A DNA stretch of 64,000 bases from Rhodothermales bacterium (GTDB lineage Bacteria; Bacteroidota; Rhodothermia; Rhodothermales; VXPQ01). Location: contig JBBDTI010000031.1 of the NCBI GenBank assembly GCA_040904565.1, positions 9,766 to 73,765 on the forward strand, in the 5' to 3' direction. Below, piece after piece: positions 9,164 to 17,757 of the stretch. A program made the translations under genes and the position numbers. Numbering within the stretch: the stretch's first letter is position 1; the number at the start of each line of letters is the position of its first letter. The notes under the pieces were generated by a model. That model was not told where the DNA came from. It did not search any database and saw nothing but the letters and a program-made list of their open reading frames with translations.

Positions 9164-10711
9164 ATGAAAAGCAGACTGACCATTTTTACGGGCGTCCTTT
9201 TGGCGTGGGCATGGGTCGCTTCACCCATGGCCGCGCAGACGGCCGACGACGCACTGCGATTTACGGAACGCTCTCCAGCGACGGGTCCCCGGATGATGGG
9301 GATGGCAGGGGTCGGCATAGCTGGGATAGACGACTACGGTGCGCTGCAGGCGAATCCGGCCGGACTCGGATATTTCGAGGCGTCCGGCTTTGGGGGGGCG
9401 TTGAGTATGCTGTCCGCGTCCGACGAATCACGCTATCAGACGAGCGGGACGACGACGCTGGGTGATGGCGACGTCCGGTCGACGCGTCTGGGAAATCTGG
9501 CCTACGTTTACAAGCTTCCGACGTCGCGCGGGGCCATGGTTCTGGCCACGGCGTACAACCAGGTCAACACGTTCGATCGGAATCTGCTGTTCGGCGGACC
9601 CAACGCAGGAAGCTCGGTCAGCGATTCTTTTCTCCCGTTTCAGGACGAGTTTGAGGTGGTCGGGAGCGACGGTTCGTTTTCGCCCGAATTTTTCCACGTG
9701 ATTCCCGAGCTGGCCTATGAGGGGGGTGCCATCGAGTTCCTCGCTGAAAATGTCGGAACGAACCGGCCGCTCTTCTATCAAGCCGTGGTGCCCGGTACGA
9801 CGATCGATCAGAGCGGCGACGTGCTGGAGGAAGGACGCATGAAGGAGTTGAGCCTCGGCGGTGCCTGGGAGGCGGCGCAGGACGTCATGGTCGGCTTGTC
9901 GGCCAACTTTTCGTTCGGGACGTACCGCTTCAACAGTTTGTATGAAGAGGTCGACACGCGGAATGAGAATTTACCGGATGACTACATCGTCGTGTTGTCG
10001 GATGGAGAGCTGAGGGGATTTCACCGTCTCGCGTACGAGAACGGATTCGAATCGGATCTGACCGGATTTAATATCCGCGGCGGCATTTCTTCGTCCGTCT
10101 TAGAGGGCGTCCGCGTCGGCGTTACCGTCGAAACCCCCACGTACTACGAGATAAGTGAGGACTATTTCCGGGAGCTGGAGACGGTGTTCGACGAGGGCGG
10201 ATCGCTCAGCTCCTCGCAGAATGGCCGGTTCGAATATAGCCTGCAGACGCCCTGGCGTCTGGGCGGTGGTGGATCCTGGGAGCGAGGTAACCTCTTCGTC
10301 GCGGGAGACGTGGAGTACGTCGACTGGTCCCAGATGGAGTTTGGCGATGGAGACGGAACCTTCGGAGACGAGAATCGAGCGATTCGATCCGGTCTGGAAC
10401 CGGTCTGGAATGCACGCGTGGGTGCGGAGTATCGGTTCGGCCGCCTGGCAGCACGGGCCGGATTCGCGTACCAGCCGGATCCGCGAAAAGTCGAGATACA
10501 ACATCAGGGTGAGGCGACGGATCGAAGCAAGCGCTACGTCTCCGCGGGAATCGGTTACCGGTTCAGTCCACAGTTCGCTCTCGACGTCGGCTGGATGCAG
10601 GAGCGTTTCGATGATGAATACGTTCCGTACAGGAACGTGGAGAATCCTCCCGTTGCCGAGGAGAGCCTCTCCCGTAACCGGTTTGCCGTGGGCATGCGCG
10701 TGACGCTCTAG
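9164..10711 (+). CDS. outer-membrane beta-barrel protein, FadL/PorV-like
   Basis: ATG at 9164 gives MKSRLTIFTGVLLAWAWVASPMAAQ (signal). The N-terminal motif ALRF..S..GPRMMGMAGVGIAGIDDYGALQANPAGLGYF is typical of FadL/PorV-type barrels. The protein has an alternating beta-strand pattern and a C-terminal ...RFAVGMRVTL. Confidence 0.7.
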   Translation: MKSRLTIFTGVLLAWAWVASPMAAQTADDALRFTERSPATGPRMMGMAGVGIAGIDDYGALQANPAGLGYFEASGFGGALSMLSASDESRYQTSGTTTLGDGDVRSTRLGNLAYVYKLPTSRGAMVLATAYNQVNTFDRNLLFGGPNAGSSVSDSFLPFQDEFEVVGSDGSFSPEFFHVIPELAYEGGAIEFLAENVGTNRPLFYQAVVPGTTIDQSGDVLEEGRMKELSLGGAWEAAQDVMVGLSANFSFGTYRFNSLYEEVDTRNENLPDDYIVVLSDGELRGFHRLAYENGFESDLTGFNIRGGISSSVLEGVRVGVTVETPTYYEISEDYFRELETVFDEGGSLSSSQNGRFEYSLQTPWRLGGGGSWERGNLFVAGDVEYVDWSQMEFGDGDGTFGDENRAIRSGLEPVWNARVGAEYRFGRLAARAGFAYQPDPRKVEIQHQGEATDRSKRYVSAGIGYRFSPQFALDVGWMQERFDDEYVPYRNVENPPVAEESLSRNRFAVGMRVTL

Positions 10712-10770
10712 AAGCCTCGTTACGTTAATCCGCGTATATTTAAACGGCGCGGCGGACATCCTCCGCGACG

Positions 10771-11814
10771 TCAGTCTTCTCCGTTGCTCTGCTCCAGCCG
10801 TCGAAGGCGCATCAGCTCGTGGTATTCGCGGGCCGCGCGATTGTGTTCGGCGAGCGTTCGGCTGAACTGATGCGTCCCATCCCCCTTCGCGACGAAGTAG
10901 ACGTAATCGTGATCGGCCGGGCTCACGGCCGCACGGAGGGAGGAGGGTGACGGATTGTTCAGCGGTCCGGGCGGGAGCCCGCCGCGAAGGTACGTATTGA
11001 ACGGATGCCGGATGGCGTAATCCTCATAGAGCAGCCGGCGCTTCCGGCCTTCGCGCTGCATGACGATGTACTGCACGGTCGGATCCGCGTCGAGCTTCAT
11101 GCCGATGCGGAGCCGGTTGTGGTAGACGCCTGAGACCATCGCTTTCTCTGCGTTGTGGGACGTTTCCCACTCGATGATGCTCGCCAGAGTCACGACGTCC
11201 TGTTTCGAAAGCCCGAGGCGTTCCGCACCGGTCGCAAGCTCCCGATCGTAGAACGCATCGAACTGCTCCTTGATCGATCGGATCGCGTTCTCGGCGCTGG
11301 TGAGCCAGTAGAAAAAGTACGTTTCGGGCATCATGTAGCCGAAGAGCGCGGAGGTGTCCGTACCCAGCGAGGCAGCGAGTTCCGGATTGGAAAGGGCCTC
11401 TTCGAATGCCGTCGACTGGAAATGCATGTCCCGTCCGGCCACCGCGGCGACGACGCGCGGGCGTGAGCCGGGTGGGACGGTCAGGCGGACCGGTTCCTGC
11501 AGGCCGCGTCGCAGGATGCTCAGGATCTCGTAATTCGACGCGCCCGCCTCGAATCGATAGTGGCCCGCCTTCACCTGATCGCCCCAGCCCGTCAACCGTG
11601 CGAACAGCCGGAAGGAGGCGTCCCATTTCAGCACGTTTCCGGCACGAAGGGAGTCTACGACGCTATCGAACGATGCGCCCGGAGGAAGCTTGATGCCGCG
11701 TTCCGCTGCAGCAGGCTGCGTGTTCGGACCGAAGACCAGCCAGGCGGCCGACGCACCGGCCAGCACGCCGAGCAGCCCTAACAGGGCGGCGGCAATAAAT
11801 AGCTTGTGTCGCAT
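10771..11814 (-). CDS. mltG: endolytic murein transglycosylase MltG (YceG-like)
   Basis: The track ORF starts at a TTG (11820). An in-frame ATG at 11814 gives MRHKLFIAAALLGLLGVLAG (TM anchor). YceG signatures are present: ASIIEWET, VYHNRL..GM.L.ADPTVQY, YNTY...GLPPGPLNNP. Confidence 0.9.
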   Translation of the reverse strand: MRHKLFIAAALLGLLGVLAGASAAWLVFGPNTQPAAAERGIKLPPGASFDSVVDSLRAGNVLKWDASFRLFARLTGWGDQVKAGHYRFEAGASNYEILSILRRGLQEPVRLTVPPGSRPRVVAAVAGRDMHFQSTAFEEALSNPELAASLGTDTSALFGYMMPETYFFYWLTSAENAIRSIKEQFDAFYDRELATGAERLGLSKQDVVTLASIIEWETSHNAEKAMVSGVYHNRLRIGMKLDADPTVQYIVMQREGRKRRLLYEDYAIRHPFNTYLRGGLPPGPLNNPSPSSLRAAVSPADHDYVYFVAKGDGTHQFSRTLAEHNRAAREYHELMRLRRLEQSNGED

Positions 11815-11837
11815 AGGCAAGACGGCGGCGCCGGGCG

Positions 11838-12224
11838 TTACTCCTGATCCGGATCCTGATATTTATGCCGCTCCAGCGACCGCGTTTCGTCGATGACGCG
11901 CTCGAAGAGGCGGCGCACGGCGGCATCGGACAGCGGTCCCTCGTTGCCGGCTACGACGTTGCGAATGACATCTTCTTCACGGCTGGGCACGTACACCGGA
12001 AGGCCAAGTTTTTTCTTGATCGCGCCGATCCTGTTGGCGCACTGAACGCGCTCGTTCATGATCTGAAGCATGGCCTTGTCGATAAGATCGATGCGCTCGC
12101 GCCAGGTCTCCATATCGTCCGGAGAAGGTGCTTCCGGTACCTGCGGCGTTTCTTCTTCGAGCAGCTTGATGAGATCCTGGACAGCCTCAATCAGCATGGT
12201 CGACGGCTTTGAATGCGAGGGCAT
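11838..12224 (-). CDS. chorismate mutase (AroQ class)
   Basis: WRERIDLIDKAMLQIMNERVQCANRIGAIKKKLGLPVYVPSREEDVIRNV...LFERVIDETRSLE matches the AroQ helical-bundle pattern. An alternative start is the ATG at 12197. Confidence 0.85.
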   Translation of the reverse strand: MPSHSKPSTMLIEAVQDLIKLLEEETPQVPEAPSPDDMETWRERIDLIDKAMLQIMNERVQCANRIGAIKKKLGLPVYVPSREEDVIRNVVAGNEGPLSDAAVRRLFERVIDETRSLERHKYQDPDQE

Positions 12225-12344
12225 GGGAGTTTATGATATTAAGGGTGCTTCGTCGGCATCGCGGGCGAAGTGTACGTGAATAAGCGAACTCAGGTACTGC
12301 ATGGGCGGGGCCGTAAAAACGGTTCACGGGGCGTTGTTGCCGTA

Positions 12345-13364
12345 CTAAAGCTTGAGACCGGGCTCCGCCGTAAGCGAAAGCGGACTTTCGAGTCCGGCCG
12401 CGAGCTTGAAGTGCCCGGTGATGGCGATCATGGCGCCGTTGTCCACGCAATGCTCGGGGGCCGGTACGTGCAGCGTGACCCCCTTGCTCGCTGCCAGTCT
12501 CTCGGCCGACGTTCGCAACGCCGTGTTTGCCGAGACGCCTCCAACGATGGCGACGTGGTCAACCCCCGTATCGTCGATGGCCGCGTCGAGTACGTCCGTC
12601 AGCACGTCCACGACCGCCTGCTGGAAAGAGGCGCAGAGGTCGTTGATTCGGTCGCGGATCAGCTCCGATCGCTCGGCCTCGTCGAATCCGTTGAGATAAT
12701 AGAGGACGGATGTTTTCAGTCCACTGAACGAGAAATCGTACGTCCCGGGGCGGGATCGCGGGAAATCGTGAAAGGCCGGATCGCCGCTTCGAGCGAGCCG
12801 GTCGATGACGGGGCCGCCCGGGTAGCCGAGATCCAGCAGTTTGGCCACCTTGTCGAACGCCTCGCCGGCGGCATCGTCGCGGGTCGTTCCCAGGACGCGA
12901 TGCGTGAAACCGTCTTCGACGACGACCAGCTGGGTATGCCCGCCGGATACGATGAGACACAGATACGGAAACGAGGGCGGTTCTTCATTGAGGAAGACGG
13001 AGTAGATGTGGCCTTCCAGATGGTTGACGCCGATCAGGGGAACGTCCAGTCCGAATGCATACGCCTTCGCAAAGCTGACGCCGACCAGCAGCGATCCGGC
13101 CAGCCCCGGCCCGTAGGTTACCGCCACGGCGTCCACATCCGATCTCGACAGGCCGGCCTCGCGTAATGCTTCCTCTACCACGGGCACGATCAGCTGCTGG
13201 TGGGCCCGCGAGGCCAGCTCCGGGACGACGCCGCCGTACTCCATGTGAACGAGCTGCGACGAAACGACCGTAGACCGCAGCCGGCCGTCCGTCACCACGG
13301 CAGCTGCCGTGTCGTCACAGGAGCTTTCGATTCCAAGAATGACCGATCGGTGCGGCGGATGCAT
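12345..13364 (-). CDS. tsaD: tRNA N6-adenosine threonylcarbamoyltransferase
   Basis: ILGIESSCDDTAAAVV, AVAVTYGPGLAGSLLVG, HLEGHI and GGVSAN are signatures of Kae1/TsaD. Confidence 0.95.
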   Translation of the reverse strand: MHPPHRSVILGIESSCDDTAAAVVTDGRLRSTVVSSQLVHMEYGGVVPELASRAHQQLIVPVVEEALREAGLSRSDVDAVAVTYGPGLAGSLLVGVSFAKAYAFGLDVPLIGVNHLEGHIYSVFLNEEPPSFPYLCLIVSGGHTQLVVVEDGFTHRVLGTTRDDAAGEAFDKVAKLLDLGYPGGPVIDRLARSGDPAFHDFPRSRPGTYDFSFSGLKTSVLYYLNGFDEAERSELIRDRINDLCASFQQAVVDVLTDVLDAAIDDTGVDHVAIVGGVSANTALRTSAERLAASKGVTLHVPAPEHCVDNGAMIAITGHFKLAAGLESPLSLTAEPGLKL

Positions 13365-13476
13365 GCGTGCAGAGGCTGTCGTGGCTGGTGATGTACTTGA
13401 TTCGGCAGCGCTTAGGTCGCTTAGTGCCCGGTGGAAAATCGGGCTGGATCAGAACATTAGGGCACGTCTTTGGTTA

Positions 13477-13505
13477 TTGACAAACGCCCGGCTACGTTCT
13501 ATACT
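13477..13505 (+). promoter_or_regulatory. near-consensus sigma70-type promoter (TTGACA-17-TATACT)
   Basis: TTGACA at 13477-13482, a 17-nt spacer, and TATACT at 13500-13505. It lies about 54 nt upstream of the ATG at 13559. Confidence 0.5.
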
Positions 13506-13558
13506 GACCGTTGTACTCGGGCCTTGTTTTGACGCGAACCATTGCTACGGGAAGTCTT

Positions 13559-14128
13559 ATGCGGAATCTGCTGTCCCTCGTTACGCTGATCGTTCTTCTC
13601 GGGGTAGCCGCGCCGGCTGAGGCGCAGTTGCGTGCCAACGTGCAAAATCAGGAGACGCGAACGCAGCTCTACGGGCAGCAGAATTCGGCATTTTCATTGA
13701 ATGACCTGTTCAGCCCCGAGCATTTTCAAATGAGCCATTCGTACGAGATGTCGTTCGGTTCGTTCGGCGGCAGTTCGAGTTCGATGGGGATGTACACGAA
13801 TACGATGCGCTTCCAGTTCAACAGCCAGCTGGCTGCACGGGTCGACATGGCGTATGCCTTTTCGCCCTTCGGACAGGCGAGCGCATTCGGTGGAGCGAGC
13901 GAGCAGGGCCAGCTTTTTCTCCGGAATGCGGAGATCGCGTATCGACCGTCGGAGAACGTCCAGCTGCACATTCAGGTTCGGCAGAGTCCCTACGGCCGTT
14001 ACATGAGTCCGTACGGCTACAGCCCGTACGGCTACAGTCCGTATAGTGGAGGATACGGCAACCACATGCACGTAGGCTTTGACTCCCGACGAGCCGACGA
14101 TATGTTCTGGAACGACGGCCTTCGCTGA
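13559..14128 (+). CDS. hypothetical secreted protein with Tyr/Pro/Gly-rich C-terminus
   Basis: The ATG at 13559 gives MRNLLSLVTLIVLLGVAAPAEAQ (signal). The C-terminus is SPYGRYMSPYGYSPYGYSPYSGGYGNHM. I do not recognise a family. Confidence 0.6.
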   Translation: MRNLLSLVTLIVLLGVAAPAEAQLRANVQNQETRTQLYGQQNSAFSLNDLFSPEHFQMSHSYEMSFGSFGGSSSSMGMYTNTMRFQFNSQLAARVDMAYAFSPFGQASAFGGASEQGQLFLRNAEIAYRPSENVQLHIQVRQSPYGRYMSPYGYSPYGYSPYSGGYGNHMHVGFDSRRADDMFWNDGLR

Positions 14129-14152
14129 GTGAACGGGCACCCTGTACCATGC

Positions 14153-14198
14153 AACGCGGCGTGCCGAGAATTCGGTGTGCCGCGTTTTCTATTTGTTT
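14153..14198 (+). terminator. intrinsic terminator
   Basis: AACGCGGC-GUG-CCGA...UCGG-UGU-GCCGCGUU forms a long hairpin (14153-14186) followed by UUUUCUAUUUGUUU. It lies 25 nt after the stop codon at 14126-14128. Confidence 0.6.
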
Positions 14199-14228
14199 CG
14201 CCTGCATTTTCGACCTGAGCTGCTCAAT

Positions 14229-14687
14229 ATGCGTAGTCGCCGCTCGAAGGTTGCTAGCATCTCGACGAATGCAGCGATTTTTGTGCTCGGTGCCTTCGTC
14301 ATTGTGCTGGTCTATGGACTGGTGACGAGGGTGATGGCGCCGCGCGTCGACCCACTCCGGGAAAGCAATGCCGGACAGCTCGTAGGAGAGATCATTCAGG
14401 TAGAGGTGCGGAATGGATGTGGCGTATCCGGGCTCGCTGCGCGGACGACCATGTATCTGCGCGACTACGGCTTCGACGTCGTGGAAGTAGGCGATTTCGA
14501 GTCGTTCGACGTGGCCTACTCGAAGGTCATCGATCGAGTGGGTGACCTGGCGTCGGCCAGGAAGGTCGCTGCCGTACTCGGCATCCCGGAAGATCGCGTG
14601 GAGCAGGAGATCCGTCCCGAATACTATCTGGATGCGTCCGTGGTTATAGGTCGAGACTACGAGACGCTGCGGCCTTTTGAAGATTGA
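14229..14687 (+). CDS. LytR_C domain-containing membrane-anchored protein
   Basis: The ATG at 14229 (MRSRRSKVAS...) is followed by a TM segment (AAIFVLGAFVIVLVYGLV). The LytR C-terminal pattern follows: VEVRNGCGVSGLAARTTMYLRDYGFDVVEVGDF... Confidence 0.75.
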   Translation: MRSRRSKVASISTNAAIFVLGAFVIVLVYGLVTRVMAPRVDPLRESNAGQLVGEIIQVEVRNGCGVSGLAARTTMYLRDYGFDVVEVGDFESFDVAYSKVIDRVGDLASARKVAAVLGIPEDRVEQEIRPEYYLDASVVIGRDYETLRPFED

Positions 14688-14826
14688 AGGTCGGACGAAA
14701 CCGCGCGGCTGTTTATGGAGGTAACATCGGCGCCGTCAGCGCGTCAAATAGACGACGCGGGACAGGCCGGAGATGGCAGGCCGGAACGGTACCATTCGTC
14801 GTTATTACGGACATCCAACAATCTGT

Positions 14827-15318
14827 ATGAGCTCACTCGAAAAGGAGATTACCACGGCACGTAAGGCCAAGAAGAGATCCACGCCGAATCCGTCGCACGT
14901 CCTGGCGGCGCACGCCGTCGACGCGATGCTGGACAAAAAGATTCACGACGTGACGGTGATGGACATGCGAAAGGTTAGCGGCGTCGCCGATTATTTCGTG
15001 ATCGGAAGCGGGACCTCAGATCTGCAGATTAAGGCCGCGGCCGACGCCGTACGAGAACGAATCCGCGAACATTGTGCTGAACGGCCCTGGCATACGGAGG
15101 GGACGAATAGCTGGCAGTGGGTCTTGCTGGACTACGTAGACGTGGTCGTACATCTGTTTTCGGTCGAGAAGCGGTCGTTCTACGATCTCGAACGCCTGTG
15201 GGGAGATGCTCCGAGTGAACGCGTGGACGACGAGGGTGCGTCGACCGATGTGGAACTGCTGCAGACCGCTGCCCGACAGGGTGGCGCCGATCAGCGAAAG
15301 GCGGGAGGGGACGGTTGA
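14827..15318 (+). CDS. rsfS: ribosome silencing factor RsfS (iojap)
   Basis: LDKKIHDVTVMDMRKVSGVADYFVIGSGTSDLQIKAAADAV...WVLLDYVDVVVHLFSVEKRSFYDLERLWGDAP. The start is taken at ATG 14827. Confidence 0.9.
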   Translation: MSSLEKEITTARKAKKRSTPNPSHVLAAHAVDAMLDKKIHDVTVMDMRKVSGVADYFVIGSGTSDLQIKAAADAVRERIREHCAERPWHTEGTNSWQWVLLDYVDVVVHLFSVEKRSFYDLERLWGDAPSERVDDEGASTDVELLQTAARQGGADQRKAGGDG

Positions 15319-15827
15319 GGTATGCCGATCTTCTCATAGCATGCTTGATGGCGTCCGTCGTCGCGTCCTGCACCGGCTCCAAGGAGGTCGAAGCACCGCC
15401 GGACGAACGCTTCGGCCACCGGTTCGTCGACCAGGGGCCGGAAGGGAGACGGACGATTGACGTCACACCGCCCCGTTCGGGGGCTGAGTTTTATTACTAT
15501 CCGGCCGTTATAGACACGGTACAGGTTCGTCCGGCGTCATTTACAACGGGATTGGCGGAAAGCGGACAGGTGCCCGTTGAGGTTCTGGTGAAGGGATCGC
15601 TTCCCGATGCCTGCACGGAACTGCATGACGTCGATCAGGAGCGGATGGGCCACCTCATCGAAATACGGCTCGAGATGCGCCGGCCGCGGGGCGTTGTATG
15701 TGCCGCCGTCGCTCGCCCCTATCGCTTCTATCTCGCCCTGGATGGTCTATACGGGCCGGGGTCCTACACCTTGAAGCTGAACCGAAAGGTGTTTCCGTTC
15801 GGGATCCGCCCGCCTGACGCGGGATAA
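15315..15827 (+). CDS. hypothetical lipoprotein
   Basis: The TTG start overlaps the rsfS stop (TTGA). The N-terminus MRYADLLIACLMASVVASC has a lipobox (VASC). I do not recognise a family. Confidence 0.55.
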   Translation: MRYADLLIACLMASVVASCTGSKEVEAPPDERFGHRFVDQGPEGRRTIDVTPPRSGAEFYYYPAVIDTVQVRPASFTTGLAESGQVPVEVLVKGSLPDACTELHDVDQERMGHLIEIRLEMRRPRGVVCAAVARPYRFYLALDGLYGPGSYTLKLNRKVFPFGIRPPDAG

Positions 15828-15882
15828 GACCTGGTGGCATGCATCGCGACCAAACGCTTACGCATCAAACTAACCTGGCCAC

Positions 15883-16251
15883 GTGAGTCGATTCTTTCTT
15901 GGAACGGGGGCCGTGTTGGCCGGTCTGGCTGTAGCCCTTGGTGCGTTTGCAGCGCACGCGCTCAGTGGGCGCGTAACGCCGGAGCGGATAGACGTTTTCG
16001 AGACGGCAGCACGGTATCAGATGTACCATGCGCTTGCCCTGATCGGATTGGCATGGACGGTTCGGCACTGGCCCGTATGGCAGATGCACTGGGCCGGTTA
16101 CTGCTTTCTCGCCGGCATCGTCCTCTTCTCGGGAAGCCTCTACCTGCTCGTACTGACGGACACCGGGTGGCTGGGGGCCGTTACGCCGCTCGGTGGCGCC
16201 GCCTTCATAGCCGGGTGGGCGCTGATGGCGTGGGCTGCCTTTAGCGGCTAA
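15883..16251 (+). CDS. DUF423 (YgdD/TMEM256-like) membrane protein
   Basis: GTG start. GAVLAGLAVALGAFAAHAL...ARYQMYHALAL...LFSGSLYLL is the characteristic 4-TM DUF423 pattern. Confidence 0.85.
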   Translation: MSRFFLGTGAVLAGLAVALGAFAAHALSGRVTPERIDVFETAARYQMYHALALIGLAWTVRHWPVWQMHWAGYCFLAGIVLFSGSLYLLVLTDTGWLGAVTPLGGAAFIAGWALMAWAAFSG

Positions 16252-16310
16252 ACGGACGACGGCGATGCCGCGGCGTCGGTCAATCCATCGCCGGCGATCG
16301 TCGCGCGTCG

Positions 16311-16676
16311 CTATGCGACTTCGTCTTCCTCGAAGAGCAGCGTGATGCTTGGCATCAGGTTGTACTGGTTTGCCAGGCCCAGGAGGGCGTCTGCCGCGGC
16401 TTCCGGCGCGTCGAACGCCGCATGCTCTTTGCTGTCGACCGCAAGCGCGTAGCCGATCTCTGCATCCTCGTCGAGACCGTCTTCCCATTCGGTTGCCTCC
16501 TCGATGACGAACGAACCGTCCTCGGGCATGAATGAAGCGATGAACCGCTCCTTTCCAGCATTCGTGTCGATCAGACTCAGGCTTCCGATGGCGCCGTACT
16601 CTTCATCGTAGAAGAGCGTTTCCGCAACGAGGCGGCGGGTGAAATGCTCCATGTTGAAAGGATTCATCGTGGCCAT
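16311..16676 (-). CDS. hypothetical acidic cytoplasmic protein
   Basis: This is ORF 16311..16739 with the start taken at ATG 16676 (MATMNPFNMEHF...). It is strongly acidic (D/E-rich). I recognise no family, and the start is uncertain. Confidence 0.45.
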   Translation of the reverse strand: MATMNPFNMEHFTRRLVAETLFYDEEYGAIGSLSLIDTNAGKERFIASFMPEDGSFVIEEATEWEDGLDEDAEIGYALAVDSKEHAAFDAPEAAADALLGLANQYNLMPSITLLFEEDEVA

Positions 16677-16859
16677 ATAGGGATGTCGCGTCGTTTGTCC
16701 GTTTGCGCAAGGGATAACTGTAAGTCCGATCCCGCCCATATGATCCCGCAGATGCTACCTGCCCGCATGTGTCAGGTGAGGTCGTGCGGGCCTGACCCGC
16801 AGGTCTGCGGCGCGGGTGCACGTTTCTCCCCCGCCGGAGCGCGGCACGGGCACGGTTTC

Positions 16860-17621
16860 CTATCCCGCCGGTGTGTGGCGCGGGCGCGATAATCGTTCGA
16901 GATAGGCTTCGGCTTCCCTGCCGTCGAGATGGTGGAGGTCAACGTCGAACAGGTCGGAAAAGTCGTGGACGAGCCGCTTTTTTACGGTCGAAACGTCGAC
17001 ATCTCGACCCAGTTCTTCGCGCATCGACGTCACGCCGCGGTCCGAGATGCCGCACGGCACAATGTGCGAGAAGTAGGATAGATCCGTGTTAACGTTCAGT
17101 GCGAAGCCGTGCATCGTCACCCACCGGCTGCACCGTATGCCCATCGCGCAGATTTTTCGCTCGTTCCCCGTATCGTCCGGCCCGATCCAGACGCCGGTTC
17201 GATTCTCGCTTCGCCGCCCTTCCAGGCCGAATGCGCCCACGGTCCTGATGATCGACTCTTCCAGCTGGCGCAGGTAGCGGTGGATGTCGGTAAAGAACCG
17301 GTCGAGGTCCAGGATGGGATAGCCGACGATTTGTCCGGGACCGTGGAAGGTGATGTCGCCTCCACGATCGATCTCGACGAACGACGCGCCGCGCTTCCGA
17401 AGCAGCTCGTCGGATGCGAGCAGATGTCCGGCGTCGCCGCTCTTGCCAAGCGTGTAGACGGGGGGGTGCTCCACGAGCAGCAGGACGTGAGGGACGCGGT
17501 GCGGTGGTGTGCCGCGTTTCGCGGAAATGAGAGCGGATTGCACCCGGCGCTGGAGCTCCCAGGTCGGACGGTAGGCCGCGTGGCCCAGATCGCAGACGAC
17601 GACGGTTTCTCTAGCGTTCAT
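16860..17621 (-). CDS. lipB: octanoyltransferase (lipoyl(octanoyl) transferase)
   Basis: The start is taken at ATG 17621 (MNARETVVVCDLG...). Signatures: LLLVEHPPVYTLG, RGGDITFHGPGQIVGYPILDL, KICAMGIR...TMHGFALNV. The upstream 125 codons of the track ORF are R/S/T-rich junk. Confidence 0.9.
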   Translation of the reverse strand: MNARETVVVCDLGHAAYRPTWELQRRVQSALISAKRGTPPHRVPHVLLLVEHPPVYTLGKSGDAGHLLASDELLRKRGASFVEIDRGGDITFHGPGQIVGYPILDLDRFFTDIHRYLRQLEESIIRTVGAFGLEGRRSENRTGVWIGPDDTGNERKICAMGIRCSRWVTMHGFALNVNTDLSYFSHIVPCGISDRGVTSMREELGRDVDVSTVKKRLVHDFSDLFDVDLHHLDGREAEAYLERLSRPRHTPAG

Positions 17622-17757
17622 TTCTTGTTTCCAACTCACGCGGTTCGATGTGACGGTTCGCCTGCGCGTCGTACTAACGCGCGGCCAGGCGACGAAGCTC
17701 CGATCCGGTGGGGCGGTTCGCTCGGGCGGGATGTGCAGGGGTGCCGCGCCGACGAGT

